From the NCBI GenBank assembly GCA_041483895.1, contig JBGPGO010000002.1, positions 226,074-290,073 of the forward strand: a stretch of DNA of 64,000 nt. The letters run 5' to 3'. This stretch comes from Fimbriimonadia bacterium (GTDB lineage: Bacteria; Armatimonadota; Fimbriimonadia; Fimbriimonadales; JABRVX01). Below the pieces are notes generated by a model. That model was given only the letters and a program-made list of their open reading frames with translations. It did not search any database and had not been told where the DNA came from. Shown one piece after another: positions 9,778 through 19,122 of the stretch. The number at the start of each line of letters is the position of its first letter. Within the stretch, counting starts at the first letter, position 1. The translations under genes were made by a program, and so were the position numbers.

Positions 9778-10455
9778 CTATGGCCGATTGGCGGGATCGA
9801 GGGCTAGCTGGATCGGTTCGCGTGGGCCGGTAAATTTGGGGCGTGTGTGGAGGATGTTGATGTCCACCCAGACCAGCGAACGGGAGCCGATCTCGCGGAT
9901 ATAGGTCCACGGCGCGATGGAGCGCGGCAGCGGCTTTGTTTGGAAGCCGACGGCATCGAGATTTTCTTGAGCGGCGATGTACAGAGCGCGCGGAAGGTGA
10001 AAATCGTCCGTCACAATGGTGCATCGGGTGAGGCCGAACGCCGTGCGCGCGCGGACGACGGAATCGAGCGTCCGAAATCCCGCGCAGTCCATCACGATAT
10101 CCTTTTCCGGCACGCTGCGCGCAACGAGAGCCTTGCTCATCGCCATTGGCTCGTTGTAGTAGGGCGTTCCGTTGTCGCCGCTAACCAACAGTTTCTTGAC
10201 CTTGCCGGCGTGGTAGACCTCGGCGGCGGCATCCATTCGCCGCTCGAAAAACAGGTTCTTCGCGCCTTGATAGCTGGGCGACGTTCCGAGGACGAGGCCG
10301 ACAGGCGTGACCGGAACAGTGTCGAGATCGCGATAGATTCGGCCGTCGGACTGATTGATCACCGCGCGGTTCGTGGCCCAAAGGAAGCAGGCGGGCATGG
10401 CAAGCGCGATGCATGCCAGCAGCAGGAACCGCCTCCCTTTTCGCCGTTTCGCCAT
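9778..10455 (-). CDS. sanA: SanA (ElyC/SanA/YdcF, DUF218) family protein
   Basis: GLVLGTS, LLVSGDNG, YNEP, DCAGFRTLDSVVRA, FHLPRA, IRE; N-terminal TM. Confidence 0.88.
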   Translation of the reverse strand: MAKRRKGRRFLLLACIALAMPACFLWATNRAVINQSDGRIYRDLDTVPVTPVGLVLGTSPSYQGAKNLFFERRMDAAAEVYHAGKVKKLLVSGDNGTPYYNEPMAMSKALVARSVPEKDIVMDCAGFRTLDSVVRARTAFGLTRCTIVTDDFHLPRALYIAAQENLDAVGFQTKPLPRSIAPWTYIREIGSRSLVWVDINILHTRPKFTGPREPIQLALDPANRP

Positions 10456-10557
10456 AGCATCAGTGTACATTATTTTTGCCGGGTCCGCCTCAATGGCGCG
10501 CAGAAAACATGAAACTGCGTTTACAATAAGCAAGTCATGGTTCTGGAGGTGGCTTGT

Positions 10558-11001
10558 ATGCGGGTTTCCGTCGGCGCAACGTTCATCGTCCTCGTGCTCT
10601 GCGGCTGCAAACACGATCTGTTTCCTCAAGGAGCGTGGATCGGTCTGGACATGCAGAATGCGACTACCATTGTTACGTCCCGCTTTACGGTGAAGGAGGA
10701 TAAGACGTTTACGCTCAGCCAGATCTATATTCAGAAAGGCGCGTCTTCCCCCAACAAGACCGATTGGACCGGAAAGTGGGAATATACAAGTTCCGGCAAA
10801 CCTCGGCTCACTTTGACCTACCTGACGCGACAGATCAACGAAGGCCAGACGGAGGACGTCAGCGCCCAAAACTACAAGCTGACCGGCGTTGTGGACCGGG
10901 TTCCGGGGCAGGATGCGTTCCAGTGGAGCGAAGAGTTCGCGGGGGGCAAGACACATCCATCGACATGGACCCCCGCGGTGGGCTCGCTTCCCGGCCAGTA
11001 G
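10558..11001 (+). CDS. Putative lipoprotein, lipocalin-like beta-rich
   Basis: Lipobox-like LCGC; GAW and GKW motifs; GGAGG RBS. Confidence 0.6.
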   Translation: MRVSVGATFIVLVLCGCKHDLFPQGAWIGLDMQNATTIVTSRFTVKEDKTFTLSQIYIQKGASSPNKTDWTGKWEYTSSGKPRLTLTYLTRQINEGQTEDVSAQNYKLTGVVDRVPGQDAFQWSEEFAGGKTHPSTWTPAVGSLPGQ

Positions 11002-11090
11002 GTTTTCTTGCGGAGCGTGCAACGGGAAGCTGATTGCATGACTCATAATCCATGATCGAGAAATTAGTTTGCGCTGGGAGAGGAGCTATT

Positions 11091-12221
11091 ATGAATTGCA
11101 AAATCATCTGTCTGTTGTTGATTGGCGGTCTTTTTTGCGGACTAACCGCGTGGGCCGACGACGAGATCTGTCCGTACCACAAGCTCAAGTGGGACGACTT
11201 CAAGGGGCCGATGCCTGGCGGTACCGACCTCGACTCGGAAACCGATTGCGGTTTTCAGAATTCCGCCTACACGGTGCAGACTGAGCCAAAAGCGGGGGGC
11301 GGCTTCAAGGCAAAGTCAAAGGATATCAAGATCACCGCCTACATGAACAAGTCCACTTCGTGGGTCCGACCGGGAATCCCGGGCGGCGCCAGTTCTGCTG
11401 CCTTGCTGGAGCACGAACAATATCACATGGATATCGCCGAGTATTGGGCGAAAGAGGTGCAAAAGCGCGTCGACAAACTCGAAGGCGAAGGCGCGACCGC
11501 GCAGGCTGCGACCGACGACTACAAGGCCAAGCTGAAAAAGACCCTCGACGATGCCAAGAAAGAGTGCGACGCCATGCAGAAGAAGTACGACGACGAGACG
11601 AAGCATGGGACCGACTCGGCCGAACAGGCCAAGTGGTGCAAGACGGTCGGACAGCTTTTGGCATGCGCGCCCGTCAATCGCGATAAGGCATTCTGCATGA
11701 ACGGCCATTTGCAGTTTCAGCCGGGGGTCGGCCTGTTCGTTGCCGATTCTTTCTTCGATGTGTTCTACCAGGTTGAGCTGCCGTTCAACGATCCGATCAT
11801 GCAGGGAGGGCGCCTCCATCTGCCGCCGCTTCAGTACACCGGCCCTCACATGAATCAATATGGTCAGCCGCTTTGGAAATTCGAAGCGACGCCGATGGCC
11901 GGATTTTTCCAAATGTACGCCAACAACAATGCTCTCGCGGCTTCGGGAGAACTGTTGCTGTTGATGTCTCATGGCAACCAGATGACGGGATGGTTGGAGG
12001 CCGTGGATGTGCAGCCGAACGTCACGGACTTCTCGCCATATTTCCACAATGTGGAACAGACGCGAAATACGGGAAAGGCGCTCATGACGATCACGATCAA
12101 CACGCCCATGCCGATTGAGGTCGCGACGCAAAACTTCACTCGGCCGGCCAACATGCCGTGCCAGATCGTGGTGGGAACCAACTACGTCCCATTGAGTCTG
12201 GGAATCCCGATGCAGAGATAA
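11091..12221 (+). CDS. Secreted DUF922-type Zn-dependent protease plus unknown C-terminal domain
   Basis: Signal peptide; LKWDDFKG, SWV, LLEHEQYHMDIAE, KYDDETKHG; AGGAG RBS. Confidence 0.75.
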   Translation: MNCKIICLLLIGGLFCGLTAWADDEICPYHKLKWDDFKGPMPGGTDLDSETDCGFQNSAYTVQTEPKAGGGFKAKSKDIKITAYMNKSTSWVRPGIPGGASSAALLEHEQYHMDIAEYWAKEVQKRVDKLEGEGATAQAATDDYKAKLKKTLDDAKKECDAMQKKYDDETKHGTDSAEQAKWCKTVGQLLACAPVNRDKAFCMNGHLQFQPGVGLFVADSFFDVFYQVELPFNDPIMQGGRLHLPPLQYTGPHMNQYGQPLWKFEATPMAGFFQMYANNNALAASGELLLLMSHGNQMTGWLEAVDVQPNVTDFSPYFHNVEQTRNTGKALMTITINTPMPIEVATQNFTRPANMPCQIVVGTNYVPLSLGIPMQR

Positions 12222-12234
12222 CATGGATCCGGTT

Positions 12235-12262
12235 CACCCCGGCGCCACATCGCGCCGGGGAG
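12235..12262 (+). terminator. GC-rich hairpin after the DUF922 gene
   Basis: CCCCGGCGC-cacatc-GCGCCGGGG; weak U-tract. Confidence 0.35.
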
Positions 12263-12307
12263 AACTTTCAGTCACGTTTGTGCAGTATGATCGGTCGTTA
12301 ACGCGCG

Positions 12308-14998
12308 ATGACCGATCCAATCACTTTTCTTTTTACTGATATTGAAGGAAGCACAGAGCTTTGGGAACTCCATGAAGCGGAGATGAGCCAGGCTCTGGTT
12401 CGCCATGACGAGCTTGTCCGCGCGAGCATCGAACGGCATGGCGGGCAGGTGTTCAAGACGGTTGGCGATGCGTTCTGCGCGGCCTTCCCCGACCCGATGG
12501 CGGGTGCCCTCGCAGCGTGCCAAATCCAGTGTCAATTGATTGCGGAGGAATGGCCGACGCCGAGGCCCATACGTGTTCGCATGGCGCTGCATTCCGGCGT
12601 TGCCGAAGCGAGAGAGAACGACTTTTTCGGTCCGACGCTCAACCGCATTGCGCGCCTATTGTCGCTGGGCCACGGCGGACAGATCCTTATCTCTTCGCAG
12701 GTCGAGCAGGGCATATCGGCCAGTTTGCCGGAGGGGATGTCGGTGCTCGACCTCGGCCGGCACCGCCTGAAAGATGTCTCCGAACCCGAGCATGTATTCC
12801 AGATCATCCACATGGAGCTGCCGTTCGAGTTCCCGCCGCTGCGTTCGCTGTCTGTTCTGCTCAACAATCTGCCACCGCAACTGACATCGTTCGTCGGCCG
12901 CGCGGCGGAATTGGAGCGGATCCAGGAGCTGCTCCGGTCCAACCGCCTCTTGACACTGATCGGGTCGGGAGGATGCGGAAAAACCCGTTTGGCGCTGCAA
13001 GCGGCGTTGGATCATTTTGATCGGTACCCACAAGGAGTATGGCTGGTTGAGCTTGCGCCGCTTTCGGATGAGGGGCTGATTGGGCAGACGGTTGCTTCCG
13101 CGCTCCGCTTGCGTTTGGACCCGTCGGTCTCCCCTATCGCAAAGGTGATCGAGAGTCTTCAGGGAGGGCCGGCGCTGCTGCTCCTCGATAACTGCGAACA
13201 TCTGTTGTCCGGATGCGCCCACCTGGCTGTTGCTCTGCTGCAAGGATGCCCGGACCTAAAGATAATGGCGACAAGCCGCGAGCCGATCCATGTGCCTGGC
13301 GAGCAGACATGGCGAGTCCCGTCTCTCGCCTCGCCGGACCCTGACGGTTCCGACGATCCGGCCGTCGTTGGAGAATTCGAATCCGTTCGTCTCTTCGTGG
13401 ATCGGGCCATTCTGCACAAGCCGGGATTTGCGGTTGATAGCCAAAACGCAAAGGCCGTCGCGCAGATATGCCATCGCTTGAACGGGATTCCGCTTGCCAT
13501 CGAATTGGCCGCAGCCAGATCGAATGTGCTAAATCCGGAGCAGATCGCCTCGCGATTGGACGATCAGTTTCGTCTCCTGACCGGCGGGAATCGGGCCGCC
13601 CTTCCCCGACAGCAGACGCTGCGGGCCACCATCGACTGGAGCTACGATCTGTTGGAATCGGAAGATCGTGTCTTGTTGGACCGTCTGTCGATCTTCCGAG
13701 GCGGGTGGGTGGTGGAAGCCGCGGAACAAGTGTGTGCCGGCGGACCCATCGACGAATTCGACGTTCTCGATCGTCTTTCGCACCTCGTGGACAAATCGCT
13801 GGTGGCGGTGGAAGATTTCGACAACTCGCCGCGCTACTCGCTGCTGGACTCCATTCGCTCTTATGCCCGGGAGAAATTGGAAGCGACCGATGGCGTGGGA
13901 GAGGTGACGGAGCGGCACGCAGGGTGGTCGGTCGATTTGGCGGAGGAGGGGAGGAAGCGGCTGGAGGGACCGGATCAACCGGCATGGATGCGGCGGCTGG
14001 AACGAGAGAGCGGCAACGTTCGCGCGGCCCTTGACTACCTTACTTCTCACGAAGGCCGGGCGGAGGATGCGCTGCGGCTCGCCACCGGCCTAACTCGTTT
14101 TTGGTACGTTCGCGGTCAATTTGAAGAGGGCGCCGGTTGGCTGGAAAAGGGACTCCGTAGTGGGGATTCGGTGCCGTCCGAGCTGCGGGCGACGGCGTTG
14201 TACGCGGCGGGAATATGCGCGAACGAGATGGGTAAATACCAAGATTCTATGGAGAAACTTAGACAAAGCATGGACATTCATCGCGCGGACGGCAACCTGC
14301 TCGGTGTAGCCAATGCGCTCAATGCCATGGGGATCGTTAGCCATCAGACTGGGCAGTATGTACAGGCCAAGTCTTTCTATGAAGAGGCGCTGGAGATCAA
14401 TCGGGAGCTTGGGAATCGGTCCTCGGAGGCGAGGGTTTTGAACAATCTTGGCATCGTCGCGAACAGCCTCGGCGACCGCGCGCTCGCCAGGTCTCTCTAT
14501 GAGGAGGCGCTCAAGGTCAGCCGGGAGCTTGGCAATCGGTCCGAGGAGGGCCTCAACCTCAATAATCTTGGGAACGTGCTATTCGCCCAGGAGGACTTGG
14601 ACGGTGCGGAGGACCTTTTCCGGCAGGCGCTGGAGATCAGCCGAGAGGTCAGCAGCCGGGCAGGGGAGGCTCTCAACCTGAACAATCTCGGCCAGGTGCT
14701 CCATCGAAAGGGGGATACGGAAGAAGCGCAAAAATGCCTACTCGACAGCTTGGCGATTCGACGCGAACAGGGGGATCGGTTGGGCATGGCGTTCACGTTC
14801 GAGGGACTGGCGCGCGTGGCGGCATCGGAGGAGGAGCCGGAGGACGCCGTCGGCTATCTCGCTGCGGCTGCTTCGTTGCGCGCGGAAATCGGCTCGCCAT
14901 TGGCGCCCGCGGACCAAAGAGAATTGGACGATCTGATTGCGGCGCTGAAAAGTGAGATGGGCCAGCCAGCGTTTGATGCCGCTTGGGAGCGGGGCTGA
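12308..14998 (+). CDS. Class III adenylate/guanylate cyclase - NB-ARC (STAND) ATPase - TPR protein
   Basis: FLFTDIEGST, KTVGDA, NRIARL; Walker A GSGGCGKT; LLLDNCEH; GIPLAIELAAA; 40-aa TPR repeats. Confidence 0.92.
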   Translation: MTDPITFLFTDIEGSTELWELHEAEMSQALVRHDELVRASIERHGGQVFKTVGDAFCAAFPDPMAGALAACQIQCQLIAEEWPTPRPIRVRMALHSGVAEARENDFFGPTLNRIARLLSLGHGGQILISSQVEQGISASLPEGMSVLDLGRHRLKDVSEPEHVFQIIHMELPFEFPPLRSLSVLLNNLPPQLTSFVGRAAELERIQELLRSNRLLTLIGSGGCGKTRLALQAALDHFDRYPQGVWLVELAPLSDEGLIGQTVASALRLRLDPSVSPIAKVIESLQGGPALLLLDNCEHLLSGCAHLAVALLQGCPDLKIMATSREPIHVPGEQTWRVPSLASPDPDGSDDPAVVGEFESVRLFVDRAILHKPGFAVDSQNAKAVAQICHRLNGIPLAIELAAARSNVLNPEQIASRLDDQFRLLTGGNRAALPRQQTLRATIDWSYDLLESEDRVLLDRLSIFRGGWVVEAAEQVCAGGPIDEFDVLDRLSHLVDKSLVAVEDFDNSPRYSLLDSIRSYAREKLEATDGVGEVTERHAGWSVDLAEEGRKRLEGPDQPAWMRRLERESGNVRAALDYLTSHEGRAEDALRLATGLTRFWYVRGQFEEGAGWLEKGLRSGDSVPSELRATALYAAGICANEMGKYQDSMEKLRQSMDIHRADGNLLGVANALNAMGIVSHQTGQYVQAKSFYEEALEINRELGNRSSEARVLNNLGIVANSLGDRALARSLYEEALKVSRELGNRSEEGLNLNNLGNVLFAQEDLDGAEDLFRQALEISREVSSRAGEALNLNNLGQVLHRKGDTEEAQKCLLDSLAIRREQGDRLGMAFTFEGLARVAASEEEPEDAVGYLAAAASLRAEIGSPLAPADQRELDDLIAALKSEMGQPAFDAAWERG

Positions 14999-15004
14999 AC
15001 CGAT

Positions 15005-15035
15005 AAAAAACCCGCCGGGAAGCCCGGCGGATTTT
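15005..15035. terminator. Bidirectional intrinsic terminator between convergent genes
   Basis: A6-CCGCCGGG-aag-CCCGGCGG-ATTTT. Confidence 0.75.
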
Positions 15036-15056
15036 GATTTCAACGCCAATAGCCGC

Positions 15057-15497
15057 TTACCCATGTATCATAGCCGGTTCCGACGTTGCTTTGAGCGTCG
15101 ATGCAACGAGCAACGGATCGTCGCAGCAGGATGCCAAGTCGTCCAGGGTGAGAAGCCCCGTCAACTTGCCATCGTCGTCAACGACAATGAGACGGCGGAT
15201 TTGTCGCTGCCTCATGATTTCTGCCGCGTGAATGAGGTCCTTATGCTGATTGATCGTGGCGACGGAGGTCGTCATAAACTCTCGGACCGGCAGCCTGTCC
15301 AAACTCTGTCCGGCAGGAATCGCACGGACCGCGATATCTCTGTCGGTGATCATTCCGAGTGGATAGCCATACTCACAGATAGGAATGCAGCCGACGTTGT
15401 GATTGCGCATCTCCTCGGCCACCTCGCGGATATTCGCGCTGGGCGGCAAGGTGTTCACGTTGCGACTCATGGCTCGTGTTACTTCCATCTCCCTCAC
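15057..15497 (-). CDS. CBS domain pair protein
   Basis: GCIPI, GMITDRDI, IRRLIVVD, GLLTLDDL; AAGGAG RBS. Confidence 0.9.
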   Translation of the reverse strand: MREMEVTRAMSRNVNTLPPSANIREVAEEMRNHNVGCIPICEYGYPLGMITDRDIAVRAIPAGQSLDRLPVREFMTTSVATINQHKDLIHAAEIMRQRQIRRLIVVDDDGKLTGLLTLDDLASCCDDPLLVASTLKATSEPAMIHG

Positions 15498-15652
15498 TTC
15501 TCCTTCAAGATCATCTAGCTATAAGCTAGCATATTCGATAAGACGGCTCGTTGCAAGTCGGTGTTCCTTATGTAATTAGAATCAATGACAGGCGAACGCT
15601 GTCAGGAAGTGTCCACAATTACTTTCGGGACTGCGAGAAATCAGGTGCGATC

Positions 15653-16291
15653 ATGAGTGATATTACTATTTTCGTCAAGGAGGCCCTGACGGCGGGCCGA
15701 AGCCGGGACGACGTGCGGCGGGTCCTCGCTGAAGCGGGATGGCCGGCAGACGAGATTGAAGACGGCTTGCGAAGATACGCGGAGATCGACTTTCCGATCC
15801 CCGTTCCAAGGCGAATCCACTCCGGATCCGCGCGCGACGCCTTTCTTTACCTGGTTACCTATGCCGCCCTCTATGCCAGCAGCATCGCGCTTGGGGCGCT
15901 GACATTCGGCATCGTCGATCACTACTTCCCGGATCCCGTTTATGCGCAATATCAAGGGGGATACGAATCTGAGGGGCTGCGGTGGAATATCGCCACCTTG
16001 ATTGTCGCGTTCCCGCTGTATTTGGGATTGACCCGAATGCACCTCCGCTCCTACGCCACAGACCCGGAGCGCCGAACATCCGCCGTGCGACGGTGGCTGA
16101 CATATTTGACACTGTTTGTTGCCGCCACCGTGATTCTGGGGACCCTGATCGCGCTCGTTGGGGGAGTGCTTGGCGGCGAGCTGGCAGTTCGGTTTCTCCT
16201 GAAGACGGGAACAGTCTTGGCGTTATCAGGCGCGGTCTTTGTCTATTATCTCTGGGAGATGAAGACGGCCGATAGGGGCGTGGCGCAATGA
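15653..16291 (+). CDS. DUF5671 domain membrane protein
   Basis: SARDAFLYL, LRWNIATLIVAFPLY, VRRWLTYLTLF, GELAVRFLLK. Confidence 0.8.
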   Translation: MSDITIFVKEALTAGRSRDDVRRVLAEAGWPADEIEDGLRRYAEIDFPIPVPRRIHSGSARDAFLYLVTYAALYASSIALGALTFGIVDHYFPDPVYAQYQGGYESEGLRWNIATLIVAFPLYLGLTRMHLRSYATDPERRTSAVRRWLTYLTLFVAATVILGTLIALVGGVLGGELAVRFLLKTGTVLALSGAVFVYYLWEMKTADRGVAQ

Positions 16292-16722
16292 TCGATGCAC
16301 ATCGTCGCCGCGCAAGTCTTACCGGATGGCTCGTGACCATCGTCGTCGTGGCAGTTCTCGTGGCAGCGCTCCTGATTGTGGGTTCTCCCATGGAGGCCCG
16401 GAGGGAGGCTGCGGATCGAGAACGCGCCTCCGACCTGAATTCGCTATCTTGGAGGCTTGAATCCTACTTTACTAGGAACAAATCGCTGCCCAGCGACCTT
16501 AAGAAACTCGAAAGCCAGGAATATTACGTCGACCCGTTTCACGATCCGGTCACTGGCCGGCCCTATGAATATCGAACCCTGGATGCCAAGACCTACGAAG
16601 TTTGCGCCAACTTCGAAACCGACACGACCGGGAAGGGCCGACGAGGTATGGACGGGGAGTTTGGCGTCCACGCCAAAGGTCGCGTGTGCTTTAAGCGCAC
16701 TGTCGGCACGACCAAACCGTGA
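16288..16722 (+). CDS. Pilin/GspG-like single-TM partner of the DUF5671 protein
   Basis: TM then GSP..R...D..R.SDL, LP.DL, DPVTG.PYEY, YEVCANF, H..G..CF; ATGA overlap. Confidence 0.75.
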   Translation: MIDAHRRRASLTGWLVTIVVVAVLVAALLIVGSPMEARREAADRERASDLNSLSWRLESYFTRNKSLPSDLKKLESQEYYVDPFHDPVTGRPYEYRTLDAKTYEVCANFETDTTGKGRRGMDGEFGVHAKGRVCFKRTVGTTKP

Positions 16723-16865
16723 GCAACTCGGCTCACGGACGAGGATCATTGACATTGTCTCGGCTGACGAACTGAAACTCTGATGGCGCGACAGATATGG
16801 TTCGGTTGGGTGGCCGCGTCAGGAGAGGTCGAGGTCTACACGATCGTTTACCTCAGATCTCGCCG

Positions 16866-18146
16866 CTATACTGTCTCCATCGTGCGGATATTTTCTGAAA
16901 TCGAGCAGGCCAGTTCGATGGATTTCTTAGCGAGTATTCGAGGGATAAGCGGACGTCTTACGCGGGCTAAGAGAAGGAGTCCTGTGAAAAGCATGGCCAC
17001 ATTGCCGGGCTCCGGTACCGGCGAAGTGAGCCAGATGTCGTACTCGCCCGTTTTTCGCTTGCCTGCCCAAAGTAGTTCACTGGCGTTGTTCAGGCTCAGC
17101 GCTTGGAAATTGCTATATGTCGTTCCTGTCACGGACGTCAGTTCGTAGTCGTTCAGAAAGAGCCGATCCAGTCCCGAAATGGGGATGAGTGACCATGCGA
17201 CGTCTCCCCGATCATCCAACAGTTTGCCGAGCGACGTATCGCTGGAAGCGAGCAGATTGCGATACAGCATCTGATTGTCCAGGTACATCCTTGTGCGGAC
17301 GCCGTCGGGCGTGGGATACCCAGGCCACAGAACGTGGCCGGCATTGTTAATGGACACGATTCCCTCGTTCCTACCGTTCCCGTCCAGATCAACGTACCCG
17401 TTCGGTCCAAGCGTAGCCCCGGTGAGATCGTAATCGCCCAAGAAAAGATGAGTTCGGTTCGGATCTGATGGCCTTGTTGCGGTCCAAAGAAGTTGCGCTG
17501 AGTCGTTGATGTCGATGCGGCGGCCGTCCCACTGCCACTCGCCCAGGTTGTACTGGCGATTGATCGGAACGCCTTCCAGCCACAGATCGGGCGTCGTCGC
17601 GCCGGGCGCGTAACCGCCCCAGAGCAAGCGGCCATCGGAGGTCATGTCGATCCCCGCGTCCTGCAAGCCGTCGGTCCAGTTCGTCGAATATTCGACGCCG
17701 TTCTTATAGACGACCGACCCGGGGTTGCCATAGTTCGTCCAGGACGTGACGCCATTCGGTGAGAGCTTAGGTCTCAAGCCGTACCACAAATTGGGATCTC
17801 CCCACGTGGGATTTACCACTTCACCGTTGTAAACGACCCGCGCCTCATCGAATTGAGACTCCTTGTAAGCCACCCCCATCCAGTTCCCATCGTTGTCGAG
17901 ACCCTCCGCTCCGAACATGATCACGTTTCCGTACCTGTAGGGGATATTCACCCCGTCCTTGATGAAGACAAATGACTCAGAGCCCTTAAGGGGCACGCCG
18001 CCGATAAAATAATGTCCGTTGTCGGTGATGACCCCGCCGGATGGAAAGCTGAGATCATCAAGCATGAGCTTGTGAGCATACTTCTGCCCGAAGCCTCCCA
18101 CGCCCAGGAGTAGTACGTAAAGCAAAACAAGATATCTACGTGCCAC
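16866..18146 (-). CDS. PEP-CTERM surface protein, paralog of 8050-9357
   Basis: Signal peptide; INDSAQLLW, INNAGHVLW, LNNASELLW; IWLTSPVPEP + TM + RVRR. Confidence 0.8.
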   Translation of the reverse strand: MARRYLVLLYVLLLGVGGFGQKYAHKLMLDDLSFPSGGVITDNGHYFIGGVPLKGSESFVFIKDGVNIPYRYGNVIMFGAEGLDNDGNWMGVAYKESQFDEARVVYNGEVVNPTWGDPNLWYGLRPKLSPNGVTSWTNYGNPGSVVYKNGVEYSTNWTDGLQDAGIDMTSDGRLLWGGYAPGATTPDLWLEGVPINRQYNLGEWQWDGRRIDINDSAQLLWTATRPSDPNRTHLFLGDYDLTGATLGPNGYVDLDGNGRNEGIVSINNAGHVLWPGYPTPDGVRTRMYLDNQMLYRNLLASSDTSLGKLLDDRGDVAWSLIPISGLDRLFLNDYELTSVTGTTYSNFQALSLNNASELLWAGKRKTGEYDIWLTSPVPEPGNVAMLFTGLLLLARVRRPLIPRILAKKSIELACSISENIRTMETV

Positions 18147-18950
18147 CGCTTATCGCATCCTTTAACGTCTGCTCATGCCCGTACAGGGTCGTGGTATCCC
18201 AGCCCCCGATGAGGAATAGTTTCAGCCCGATGCCGGAGTTCGCCGGCGGGTTGAGACGCTTCTTTAGATAATTATACAACGAGCCATAGGGAATCGCCCA
18301 TGCGGGACTGCTGCCAGTAGTACCAGTCTTTTGGGTGAATACCGGTGGGCCGTTCCCCCAGGAAACGGACACGTCTGCAGCCTCGGCATTTGTGCCGAAG
18401 CCCGGAAGACCGTCAGTCAACAGCCCCCAGCCATGCTGCTGTTCCCCAATCGATTGCGCGGCAGGCTCAATGAACACCGAGTTGACCCATGCGCCCACTC
18501 CGAAATCATGGGTGGTCGGACCGGTTTGCCAGGTTGGGTAGAAAAGATCCTGCATAAAGTCCCTGGTTGCGGAGGTGAAGTCCATCCACCGATGACGAAT
18601 CCACCATTGATCGTATTTCCCCTGCGAGGTAGGGTTCCAGCCTACCACCAGTTGATCGCTCTGGCCATCCCCAACTCCCGGCCATTGTTACATCGTGTTG
18701 AACATCGTCCAAGTTGTGCCGGTGTAAACAAGGCGGCCAGGGATGTCCGTTCGTCCTTCCCAGGGAGAATCGGTGATATCTGACGCGGGATCGATCCAGT
18801 CATGAGCCGCCGAATGAATGTCGCTCGCCAGGGCCAGGTCGTTCTGCTGCCCTCCAACTGTCTGCACGGAGTCGAGACGCTGGAGGACTCGCTCCTCATC
18901 GATGTCCTCAGCCCGCCCGGCCCGATGGGTGTCGATTCCCAAGGAGAATA
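18136..18950 (-). pseudogene. Degraded gene with an in-frame TAA at 18688-18690; 5' end undefined
   Basis: ORFs 18688-19137 and 18136-18648 share one frame: MFNTM*QWPGVGDGQSDQLVVGWNPT; its stop overlaps the PEP-CTERM start. Confidence 0.55.
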
Positions 18951-19122
18951 GGCACAAGCGCCGGTTTCCTTCCTGGATGCCGCTACGGCAGGCCATCATC
19001 GCTTGTGGAACGGAATCGAGCCGACCGTTGTCGTATATTCTGGCCGGTGCCATCCAAGTTCGATGTACACTGGTCGTAGGCCGAAGCCGCCGGGGTATTC
19101 GATATTCTTCTGGGGAGATTAA

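Noticed and set aside
9778..11046. 422-aa version of SanA
   Set aside because: The N-terminal extension is antisense to the lipoprotein gene; the family-like sequence starts at MAKRRK (10455)
14340..14780. DNA repeats in the cyclase gene as a separate element
   Set aside because: Explained by 120-bp TPR coding repeats
18688..18690. Programmed readthrough (Sec/Pyl)
   Set aside because: The codon is TAA, not TGA or TAG; a nonsense mutation or sequencing error is simpler
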